From positions 3 through 64,002 of the forward strand of contig CAZENU010000001.1 of the NCBI GenBank assembly GCA_964513735.1: a stretch of DNA of 64,000 nucleotides. Direction: 5' to 3'. Position 1 is the stretch's first letter. Each line of letters begins with the position of its first letter. Made by a program: the position numbers and the translations under genes. The notes beneath the pieces are model-generated. The model was not told the DNA's origin. It saw only the letters and a list, made by a program, of their open reading frames with translations, and did not search any database. The stretch comes from an uncultured Dehalococcoidia bacterium (GTDB lineage Bacteria > Chloroflexota > Dehalococcoidia > Lucifugimonadales > CAZENU01). Shown piece by piece: positions 9,670-17,117 of this stretch.

Positions 9670-10089
9670 TTACAGCCCGAGACACCTTAGCAGGGAGAAA
9701 CGGTCGTCGACAGCCCGACAGAGGCGCAGGTCCGCCGTCCACATCTCGCAGTCCTCGCTCTCGGCCAGCGCCAAGTAGAGGGCGTCGTAGGTGGAGCCGA
9801 GGCCGAACTCGGCCGCGAGGCCCAGAGACCTGCGATAGAGAAACGTCGGCTCCTCGACGGCGACCACGGCCAGGAGAGATTCCAGCAGGTCAGTGGCATC
9901 GTATGAACCGAGGTGACCTCTTCGGACCATCTGGTGCAGTGCATTGGTGACCTCGAACCGAAAGATCGGAGGCGCCAGAACTCGCTCGCCTGCCTCTTGC
10001 CACCGGTCCCACAGCGCCATCGCCTCATCCGTGCCGCCCTCTTTGAAGACCCACTTCAGAGCAACGCTCGCGTCTACCACGACTGCCAA
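9670..10089 (-). CDS. vapC: PIN-domain toxin (VapC family)
   Basis: The four acidic PIN residues are in the expected spacing (VVDAS, FEVTNA, TYDALYLALAE, WTADLRL). 139 aa, 3 nt downstream of a small HTH gene. Confidence 0.85.
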   Translation of the reverse strand: MAVVVDASVALKWVFKEGGTDEAMALWDRWQEAGERVLAPPIFRFEVTNALHQMVRRGHLGSYDATDLLESLLAVVAVEEPTFLYRRSLGLAAEFGLGSTYDALYLALAESEDCEMWTADLRLCRAVDDRFSLLRCLGL

Positions 10090-10092
10090 TGC

Positions 10093-10497
10093 CTATCCGG
10101 AGGCCCGTGCGTCGTCCAGCTCCCGGCTGCGGCGCTCGCGTTCCTCGCGGATGATCGCGGTGCTGTCCACCACGCCCACAGTACGACCGGCCACACGCAG
10201 TCGCAGCGCATCCACACGGGAACGCAGCTCACCGGTCAGCCAGCCCGTGGCTTCTTTCAGTTCGGTGCCTGTCATCTCGTTGTTCATATCGTCGCCCATT
10301 CCATTGCCCGGCAGGTTGAGAAGCCTGTCTAGCTCGTCCGGTCGCAGCAGCGTGACGCGCCGGTCACGCGGGTCCATTTGCGTTTCGAGGCGGCCCGACT
10401 GTATCAGCCGATGCACCTTCCCACGGCTCACCTCGTACCGAACGGCAGCTTCTTTGATGCTCAGATAGCCTTTGCGCCCCTCGCCATACTCAGCCAA
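10093..10497 (-). CDS. helix-turn-helix (excisionase/MerR-like) antitoxin candidate
   Basis: HTH segment LSIKEAAVRYEVSRGKVHRLIQSG followed by a charged C-terminal region; directly abuts vapC. The start is uncertain. I favour TTG 10497, because the ORF-track start (TTG 10557) coincides with a -35-like hexamer. Confidence 0.6.
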   Translation of the reverse strand: MAEYGEGRKGYLSIKEAAVRYEVSRGKVHRLIQSGRLETQMDPRDRRVTLLRPDELDRLLNLPGNGMGDDMNNEMTGTELKEATGWLTGELRSRVDALRLRVAGRTVGVVDSTAIIREERERRSRELDDARASG

Positions 10498-10528
10498 CGC
10501 CCTCTCTTGTTGTGTGCCGATATGTTGT

Positions 10529-10557
10529 CTTATATCGCAATCTATCCGCACCGTCAA
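10529..10557 (-). promoter_or_regulatory. sigma70-like promoter for the TA pair (TTGACG-N17-TATAAG on minus strand)
   Basis: Reverse complement reads TTGACG gtgcggatagattgcga TATAAG. Located just upstream of the antitoxin. Confidence 0.4.
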
Positions 10558-10574
10558 ACCTCAGCAGGCCACGA

Positions 10575-11477
10575 TCACGCGTCTCTGCGCCTGGCCTCCA
10601 AGCCTGCCAACTTCTCGAAGACCTTGACGTAGGCCTGGATCCCGTCCAGTCCGTGCCCCATCTGCTGGGCGGAGCGGAATATCTGGCTCACCAGCGGCGT
10701 CGTGAAAAGGGGAGTGTCCATCTCAGCCGCCGCCTCCAGCACCAGTCTCAGGTCCTTCTGTGCAAGGTCGATCATGAACCCCGGCGCGAACTGGCCGTCC
10801 AGGATACTCGGTCCCAGGTTCTCGACCATCCACGAGCGAGCGGCGCCGCCGGACCAGGCGCTGAGCAGCGCGTCGGGGTCTCCTCCCGCCTTGATGGCGA
10901 ACACCAGCGCCTCGCACATGGCCGCCATGTTGCCCAGGCCGATGATCTGGTTAGACAGCTTCGTCACCTGGCCCATGCCATTGTCGCCGCAGTAGGTGAT
11001 CTGCTTTCCCATCGCCTCCAAGACAGGCATGCACCTCTCGAACACCTCGGGGTTGCCTCCAACCATAATCGACAGCGAGCCGCTCTCGGCGCCGTTTACG
11101 CCACCGCTCACGGGCGCGTCCAGCATGTCGACGTCCTTCTCCGCCAGCCTCGTGGCGATGGACCGGGTCATGGACGGCGATATCGTGCTCATGTCGACGA
11201 CCACCGACCGCGCCGCCGCTCCCTCTATGACGCCGCTCTCTCCCAGAACCACCTCCTTGACGTCCGGAGAGTCGGACACCATCGTGATCGTCACGTCAGA
11301 CTGCCGGGCGACGTCGCTCGGCGAAGCGCCCGTGGACGCCCCTTCGGCCACGATCGGGTCCATACGATCGGCGGTGCGGTTCCAGACGGTCACATCGTGG
11401 CCCGCACTGATCAGGTTTCGGCTCATCGGCGTCCCGATCAGCCCGAGGCCGATAAAGCCGACTCGCGTCGTCGCCAT
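10575..11477 (-). CDS. NAD(P)-dependent 3-hydroxyisobutyrate / 2-hydroxy-3-oxopropionate reductase family oxidoreductase
   Basis: N-terminal Rossmann motif VGFIGLGLIGTPMSRNL and a 6-phosphogluconate-dehydrogenase-like C-terminal domain; 300 aa. Confidence 0.85.
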   Translation of the reverse strand: MATTRVGFIGLGLIGTPMSRNLISAGHDVTVWNRTADRMDPIVAEGASTGASPSDVARQSDVTITMVSDSPDVKEVVLGESGVIEGAAARSVVVDMSTISPSMTRSIATRLAEKDVDMLDAPVSGGVNGAESGSLSIMVGGNPEVFERCMPVLEAMGKQITYCGDNGMGQVTKLSNQIIGLGNMAAMCEALVFAIKAGGDPDALLSAWSGGAARSWMVENLGPSILDGQFAPGFMIDLAQKDLRLVLEAAAEMDTPLFTTPLVSQIFRSAQQMGHGLDGIQAYVKVFEKLAGLEARRRDA

Positions 11478-11657
11478 AGTCCCTCCTCAGAAGCCCTTCT
11501 TGTCGCGGTCCCGCCCGAAAAAAAGCGCGCACATCATATCACGCGTCCTATCCGCCACCCGAGGCCAGATCGAGCGCCAAGGTTAGACTTGGACGGCGTC
11601 CCTCTGGTAGCATGGACGTAAGATCGCACAGGACTCGAGCCAACGAGGCAGCCAGCC

Positions 11658-12476
11658 GTGGCTGATGACCAGTTCACCTTCGCCAAGTTCGCCAGCAACC
11701 CGTTTTACCGCATCCAGAACGCCCGCCTAATCGACATGGCCGGCATCAAGTCCGGCCAGCGCATCGTCGACCTCGCCTGCGGGAATGGCGGCGCGACGAG
11801 GTTGATCCTGGACCGCCTGCGCGGTGCCCGCAACTCCGTCGTCATCGGCATCGACCACTCCAGTGAGATGCTCAAACAGGCCATGGAGGAGTTCAACGAC
11901 GCCCGCAATACCGCGGTACAGTTCATCCAGAGCAGGGTCGAGCACCTGTCGGACTCGGTGAAGGAGTCGGTTGACACCGTCATCTTCTGCAACGCCATCC
12001 ACTACGTCTCGGACAAGCAGACTCTGCTGGACGAGATTTCCAAGACGCTGAAGCCCGGCGGCAAGCTGGCCTTCAACACCTCGTTCTTCGAAGGCGCACA
12101 CCCCCCCGAGACGAACCTGTTTGCGCGAAAGTGGATGCTGAAGGCGTCTCGGACCCTCCGCCGGGAGTACGGCCTCACGCCCTCAAAGGCCGACAAGGTC
12201 GAATCCCGCAAGCAGCTCACCCCCGACGAGTATCGCGGGCTGCTGGAGGAGAACGGGTTCAGGATAACCCGGCAGGAGATCGACACGGTCCAGGTGCCCA
12301 TCGAGGGCTGGCTCGACATCAGCTCGTTCTCGGACTTCATTAACGGCGTAATGCCGGGAGTGCCGCTAGACAAGGCCAGTGCCGCGTTGAAAGCCGGGAT
12401 CACCCAGACCTTTGAAGAGATGAAGGTGACCCACGTGCCCCGCAACTGGCTCAAGGTCGTGGCCGTCCGCGTCTAG
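11658..12476 (+). CDS. class I SAM-dependent methyltransferase
   Basis: Motif I VDLACGNGG, post-I IGIDHS, motif II-III LKPGGKLAF. GTG start. Confidence 0.85.
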   Translation: MADDQFTFAKFASNPFYRIQNARLIDMAGIKSGQRIVDLACGNGGATRLILDRLRGARNSVVIGIDHSSEMLKQAMEEFNDARNTAVQFIQSRVEHLSDSVKESVDTVIFCNAIHYVSDKQTLLDEISKTLKPGGKLAFNTSFFEGAHPPETNLFARKWMLKASRTLRREYGLTPSKADKVESRKQLTPDEYRGLLEENGFRITRQEIDTVQVPIEGWLDISSFSDFINGVMPGVPLDKASAALKAGITQTFEEMKVTHVPRNWLKVVAVRV

Positions 12477-12480
12477 CCGA

Positions 12481-12960
12481 TTACAGCACGAAGTCGATCT
12501 CGCAGACGTAGCTCGCCTCCGACGTCATCCCCAGGCTGCCGTACGTCCTTTGCGCGGCCCGGTTGTCGGCAGTCGTGAACAGACGTATGCCGCACACACC
12601 GTCGTCGTCCCTCGCCAGACCCTCGACATACCTGTGCATAGCCCGGTACGCCCCTTGTCGGCGCCGGCGGCACTGGACGAACACGTTGTTCAGCCACCAG
12701 AAAGTCGCATTGCGCCACGGGCTCCACTCGTAAGTCACGTGCAGCACCCCGACCACCGCACCTAGAGCCTCGGCGACGACGTAGAAGCCGCGGCTCTCCT
12801 CCGCCGAGCCCGCGACGGCTTCGACTCCCGACCGAAGCCGTGCCAGGTCAAGGGACTTCCCCTCTAGCTCCCGCGCGAGTGCCGCGTTGAGCTCGACAAT
12901 CGAGCCCACATCCGCCGCAATCGCTTTTCTAGCTCTGACATCGGCGTCTGACACAGCCAT
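12481..12960 (-). CDS. GNAT family N-acetyltransferase
   Basis: Acetyl-CoA pocket motif V..RRRRQGAYRAM; 159 aa. Confidence 0.8.
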   Translation of the reverse strand: MAVSDADVRARKAIAADVGSIVELNAALARELEGKSLDLARLRSGVEAVAGSAEESRGFYVVAEALGAVVGVLHVTYEWSPWRNATFWWLNNVFVQCRRRRQGAYRAMHRYVEGLARDDDGVCGIRLFTTADNRAAQRTYGSLGMTSEASYVCEIDFVL

Positions 12961-13085
12961 TCACCCCCTCGGACCTTTTGGAATTCCGGTGCCGACCGAC
13001 CGCGCGGCCGAGTGTAGCACGGGCCAGCCCGCATCCAGGTCATTAACCAATCTGGGGCACGATTTTGTCGCCTCCACAGGCCCGA

Positions 13086-13094
13086 TGTTAGAAT
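13086..13094 (+). promoter_or_regulatory. extended -10 promoter element TGTTAGAAT
   Basis: Exact 9-mer TGTTAGAAT, also found at 15257 and 20347, each time upstream of a + strand gene. Confidence 0.4.
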
Positions 13095-13302
13095 CACTGT
13101 CACGAGTCGTGGCTACACCGGTTTCAGATCTTCGTGCCACGCCATGGAGAACGCGTTTGCTATCCGAACCCGCAGCCTACTCCCTCCGCTTCCGTGGCGA
13201 GGCCGAGGCGCCGCCGTTGACAAACGTGCTTGCCCCCGGCGCCCGCGGACGGCGGGGAAGCCCGTGAGATCGCGGCAATACCTGGAGGAGGCATGGCACC
13301 CC

Positions 13303-14049
13303 GTGAAGATACACGGGCGCGGGCAGTCAGCGGTGTGCAATCTCAACCCCGCGCCCAACGTCAATTCCTCCACCCTCTGTATCATCCCGACGCAGGCCAG
13401 GAACGTCGTCGAGGACCCGGTAGGGCTCAAGAAAAAGCCCAACGTAATGTCACAGTGGTTGGACCGCCTCACGGCCGCGGGAACGAGCATCTTGCTGGTC
13501 CACGGTAAGTGGTTCGACGACCTGCGTAAGCTGGCCAAGGATGCCCGCAACGAGCGCGATGGCTTCGCCCGCATGCTGGAGCGAATGGAAGCGGTCGTCG
13601 GCCATGCGGTGGCGCACGGCTACGGCGACCCCGACAGGTTCGTGGCGATGGGCAGCTCCCGCCACGGCTTCGCCGTCCTGCACGCCCTGGCCAACATTCC
13701 CGGCATCGCCGCCACCGTCGCCCACCAGCCCGTCGTCTGGTGGCCTCGAATGGTGGAGTTCGACGGCATGGACGACAACGCCGTTGTCAGGGCCAACGAC
13801 CTGTACGAGATGGCGGAGCGGTTCCCGCCGAGACCGGTGCTGGTCCAGACCGGATACGACGACCAGCGCGTCGGACAGGAGTGGATCAAGAGGGTCGTGG
13901 ACGGCATGTCCGGGGCGTACGAAGCGGCCGGCGCGGGCCACCGGTTCACTCACGAGATAATGGACATTCCAGGTCACGACGGCGCCCGCGTGCCGACCTC
14001 GGCCCTCAACAGCGTCGTGACCTGGATGAAAGACCAGCAGCTAGTCTAA
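13303..14049 (+). CDS. alpha/beta-hydrolase fold protein (dienelactone-hydrolase / S9-like)
   Basis: Ser-Asp-His order is consistent with a catalytic triad (MGSSRHG, TGYDDQ, IPGHDG). The stop is firm; the start is uncertain. GTG 13303 follows GGAGGAGG; alternatives are ATG 13447 or the ORF-track ATG 13144, whose R/P-rich N-terminus looks non-coding. Confidence 0.65.
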   Translation: MKIHGRGQSAVCNLNPAPNVNSSTLCIIPTQARNVVEDPVGLKKKPNVMSQWLDRLTAAGTSILLVHGKWFDDLRKLAKDARNERDGFARMLERMEAVVGHAVAHGYGDPDRFVAMGSSRHGFAVLHALANIPGIAATVAHQPVVWWPRMVEFDGMDDNAVVRANDLYEMAERFPPRPVLVQTGYDDQRVGQEWIKRVVDGMSGAYEAAGAGHRFTHEIMDIPGHDGARVPTSALNSVVTWMKDQQLV

Positions 14050-14136
14050 GGCCTGGGGCTGGCAGCCGGCAGAAATAATCACGTAGTCAGCCAGCGCCGC
14101 AGTGAGTCTCTTCGCCGCGGCTCCAAGGAGGATAGG

Positions 14137-15204
14137 ATGGAGCGCGTTCGCATAGGGCTCATAGGCGCGGGCGGAGTCGCCCGCAGCCGCCACCTGCCGG
14201 CGCTCGCCAGTATCCCCGAGGGCGACCTGCGGCTCATCTGGTCGCGTGATCCGGCCAGGGCCGCCCGGGTGGCGGAGGAGTTCGGCATCGAGGGCACGGC
14301 GGCCTCCTGGGAGGAGATCGCCGAGTCTGAAGATGTGGACGCCGTGATCGTCGCGACGCCACCGGTACTGCACCACCCGGCCACGCTGAAGGCCCTGGCG
14401 GCAGGCAAGCACGTGCTCTCGCAGGCCCGGATGGCCCGCAACCTCAGGGAGGCCGGCGAGATGCTGTTGGCATCGGAGGCCGCCCCGGACCTGGTCACCT
14501 GCCTCTATCCCCCACTGCCCGGCCTGAAGGGCGACCGCGTCATGGCCCGGCTGCTCCACGACGAGGGCTACGTCGGTGACATCAGGGAGGTGCGCGTCAC
14601 CGGCATGTCCCTGGTCGAGCCATCGGACGGCTACTCCTGGCAGGCCGACCCCGACGTCACCGGCGTCAACACGATGACTATGGGCATGTGGGCGGAGGTC
14701 CTGGACCGGTGGGTCGGCTCGGCAATCCGCGTCGCCGCCACTGGCTCCTCGCACAACCCCCGGCGAAGGACCGCCGACGGCCGGACGGTCGACTCCGTGG
14801 TACCGGACTCGCTGGCCATCGCGGCGGACCTGGAGTGCGGCGCGACCGCCACCTACCACTTCTCCACCGCCGCCGCGTTCGGGCCGGGCTCATCCATCGA
14901 GATATACGGCTCCAAGGGCGCGCTAGTCTACACCCTCTTCAAGGAAGAGATCCACGGTGCGACCGCGGGCCGGGATGAGCTCGCACCGATCCCAGTCCCT
15001 CCAGAGGAAGAACGCCACCAGACGACCGATTCCGAATTCGTGCGCGCCATACTCGAGGGCATGCCGGTCTTCCCGGACTTCCACGAGGGCATGCGCTACA
15101 TGGAGTTCTCCGAGGCGGTGGCCATCTCGCTGGCGACGGGTACCACCGTCCCCGTGCCACCACCCGAGACGATGGAGGCTTGGGGGCGGCACCTCGATTC
15201 TTAG
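14137..15204 (+). CDS. Gfo/Idh/MocA family oxidoreductase
   Basis: N-terminal Rossmann motif IGLIGAGGVARSRHLPAL, EKP-like region and 355 aa, typical of the family. Confidence 0.85.
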   Translation: MERVRIGLIGAGGVARSRHLPALASIPEGDLRLIWSRDPARAARVAEEFGIEGTAASWEEIAESEDVDAVIVATPPVLHHPATLKALAAGKHVLSQARMARNLREAGEMLLASEAAPDLVTCLYPPLPGLKGDRVMARLLHDEGYVGDIREVRVTGMSLVEPSDGYSWQADPDVTGVNTMTMGMWAEVLDRWVGSAIRVAATGSSHNPRRRTADGRTVDSVVPDSLAIAADLECGATATYHFSTAAAFGPGSSIEIYGSKGALVYTLFKEEIHGATAGRDELAPIPVPPEEERHQTTDSEFVRAILEGMPVFPDFHEGMRYMEFSEAVAISLATGTTVPVPPPETMEAWGRHLDS

Positions 15205-15256
15205 CCAACCGGCTCAGGACAGGCTAGTCGGACTACCCAGCCGCTGCTACCTCGTA

Positions 15257-15265
15257 TGTTAGAAT
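15257..15265 (+). promoter_or_regulatory. extended -10 promoter element TGTTAGAAT upstream of rplY
   Basis: Exact 9-mer, 70 nt upstream of the L25 ATG. Confidence 0.4.
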
Positions 15266-15334
15266 AGCCCGCCGAAGGCCCCGATCTCTCGGGGTCGCGT
15301 TCTGCCACCAAATTTCGCGACAGGTACGACCAAG

Positions 15335-16003
15335 ATGGATACGATCATTCTCACAGTTTCACCCAGAACCGTCACGGGCAAGAAGGTCAAGGTACTGCGC
15401 CGCGAAGGCGTAGTGCCCGTCCACATGTTCGGACGGGGAATCGAGTCGCAGTCTCTACAGGCCGACTTACGCGTGCTCAGCCTGGTACTCCCGCAGGCGG
15501 GGACGAACGTACCGATCAGCCTTGACGTCGACGGACAGGACGGCGAGAACGTCTGCTTCGTGCGCCAGGTGCAGCGACACCCCGTCACGGAAGCCCTGCT
15601 GCACGTGGACTTCCAGCGGGTCGACGTCTCCCAAAAGGTCACCGCCGAGGTGCCGATTGTAGTCGAGGGCGTGTCCGTGGCGGTCCAGGAGATGGAAGGT
15701 ACTCTGTTCCAACCTCTCGCCTCGATCACCGTGGAGGCGCTCCCCTTGAGCATGCCGACGGCCTTCACCATCGACATCTCGGTCCTGGAAGACTTCGACA
15801 AGACGATCAGGGTAGAGACCCTCGAGGCCGGCGAGGACGTCACCATCCTCAACGATCCTGAAGAGATGATCGCCACCGTGATCCGGCCTCGCGTCGAGGA
15901 GGAAGAGGTCCCGGAGGTGGAAGAGCTGGAGGGTGTCGAGGGCGAGGAGGGCGAGGACGGCGAAGAGGGAGCGGAGGCCGGGCAGGAAGAGCCCGAAGCC
16001 TAA
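15335..16003 (+). CDS. rplY: 50S ribosomal protein L25 / general stress protein Ctc, with acidic tail
   Basis: N-terminal RTVTGKKVKVLRREGVVPVHMFG, a two-domain Ctc-type length, and a C-terminal E/G-rich tail. Confidence 0.9.
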   Translation: MDTIILTVSPRTVTGKKVKVLRREGVVPVHMFGRGIESQSLQADLRVLSLVLPQAGTNVPISLDVDGQDGENVCFVRQVQRHPVTEALLHVDFQRVDVSQKVTAEVPIVVEGVSVAVQEMEGTLFQPLASITVEALPLSMPTAFTIDISVLEDFDKTIRVETLEAGEDVTILNDPEEMIATVIRPRVEEEEVPEVEELEGVEGEEGEDGEEGAEAGQEEPEA

Positions 16004-16080
16004 CCCGGCTCCGGGTCTTGGCCGGACCACCCTCACCCGTATCCTCTCCCATCGAGATCAGAGGAGAGAAAGGGAAGAGC

Positions 16081-16242
16081 TCAGCTCGGCTCCTTATCGA
16101 TGATCGCCACGTACGATGCGCGGTCAGAGTCGATAAAGCGCCTCACACGCCAGCCGGTGCCCCCGAGAATCGTCTCCATCTCGTCGCGCGAGACGAAAAG
16201 GTAGTCAAACCACGCCGACCGGTACCGCTCGAAGGTCGCCGG
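16081..16242 (-). pseudogene. possible C-terminal remnant of a SAM-dependent methyltransferase
   Basis: Minus-strand frame reads (stop)PATFERYRSAWFDYLFVSRDEMETILGGTGWRVRRFIDSDRASYVAIIDKEPS(stop). This resembles the C-terminus of class I methyltransferases, but it has no start codon and no N-terminal domain. Confidence 0.3.
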
Positions 16243-16499
16243 CTAGTCCACCGTCCCGCGAATGGCCTTACGTCGAGTGAATGGAATGGAGGATCTCACC
16301 CCATGATTTCCAGCACCCTGCTGGTCTAGAGCGGGGCCGTGGGCTCGTCAGGAAGGCCTCCAACCCGACGTCCGGCGGGGGTACCGGTACTACCCCGCGG
16401 ATAGTCCAAAAGCACCTGTCGCCCTCGGACTGGCTGGTATATTGGGCACGAATACGGTCTGAGTCCAGAACGTGCCGGTGCCGAGGGAGGTGCTGTGCG

Positions 16500-17093
16500 A
16501 TGCCGAAAGCATGGCTGATAGGAGGAGCGGCCTTCGTAGGCGTCCTGCTAGTCGCCAGCGCCGTTCTGGTTCTCATTCAGAGGCAGCAGACCTTTGCGCC
16601 AGGCACACCTGCGAGGGCGGTGCAGGACTTCCTCCGGGCCTATACGGACGAGGACTTCGACCGCGTGTACGAACTGTGGGCCGAGGAGCTCGGGCAGGGC
16701 TGTACCCGGGACGATTACATCGAGGCCGTCGTCGGTCGCGACGTCAAGCTGTCGGATAACAGGATAACTGTAACCGACACCGAGTATGTCGGCGAGACGG
16801 AGGAGCGGGCCGTAGTCCTGGTGCGGGTCTCGCGCACCACCGACGCCGGCCCCTTCAAGACCTCCGAGTCCGACCATCGTCAGCGCTACACGCTTGCCCT
16901 GGAGCAAGGAGAGTGGCGGTTCACTCAGGTCCCGTGGCCTTCGACCGGGTGCTCTCCAACAACGCCAACGAAGACCCCGGCACTCCCCCCCAGGACCGGG
17001 CCCAGCGGCCTCGATAGGCCACAGACAACCGGAGACGAAGGTCTCGTCCATTTCTCGGGTCAGCAGGTTCCTCCGTATCGTGGAACGCTGTAG
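16500..17093 (+). CDS. membrane-anchored hypothetical protein (197 aa)
   Basis: The ATG at 16500 is preceded by GAGGGAGG. One N-terminal TM helix (LIGGAAFVGVLLVASAVLVLI), then a globular domain and a P/T-rich tail. Lies 25 nt upstream of the 600-aa membrane protein. Confidence 0.65.
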   Translation: MPKAWLIGGAAFVGVLLVASAVLVLIQRQQTFAPGTPARAVQDFLRAYTDEDFDRVYELWAEELGQGCTRDDYIEAVVGRDVKLSDNRITVTDTEYVGETEERAVVLVRVSRTTDAGPFKTSESDHRQRYTLALEQGEWRFTQVPWPSTGCSPTTPTKTPALPPRTGPSGLDRPQTTGDEGLVHFSGQQVPPYRGTL

Positions 17094-17117
17094 GCAGATG
17101 CGGGCAGGCCGGTAGCA

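Noticed and set aside
15212-15224. An identical 13-mer gctcaggacaggc at 15212-15224 and 61136-61148, as evidence of another repeat family.
   Set aside because: In 64 kb, read on both strands, a handful of identical 13-mers are expected by chance, and the flanks do not align convincingly. Noted only as possibly related to the cgacaggc-type repeats.
16018-16576. The 103-aa (+) and 102-aa (-) ORFs in the gap between rplY and the anchored membrane protein.
   Set aside because: They overlap each other and the methyltransferase-like remnant. They lack SD sequences and have arbitrary composition. The region looks like decayed or non-coding DNA.
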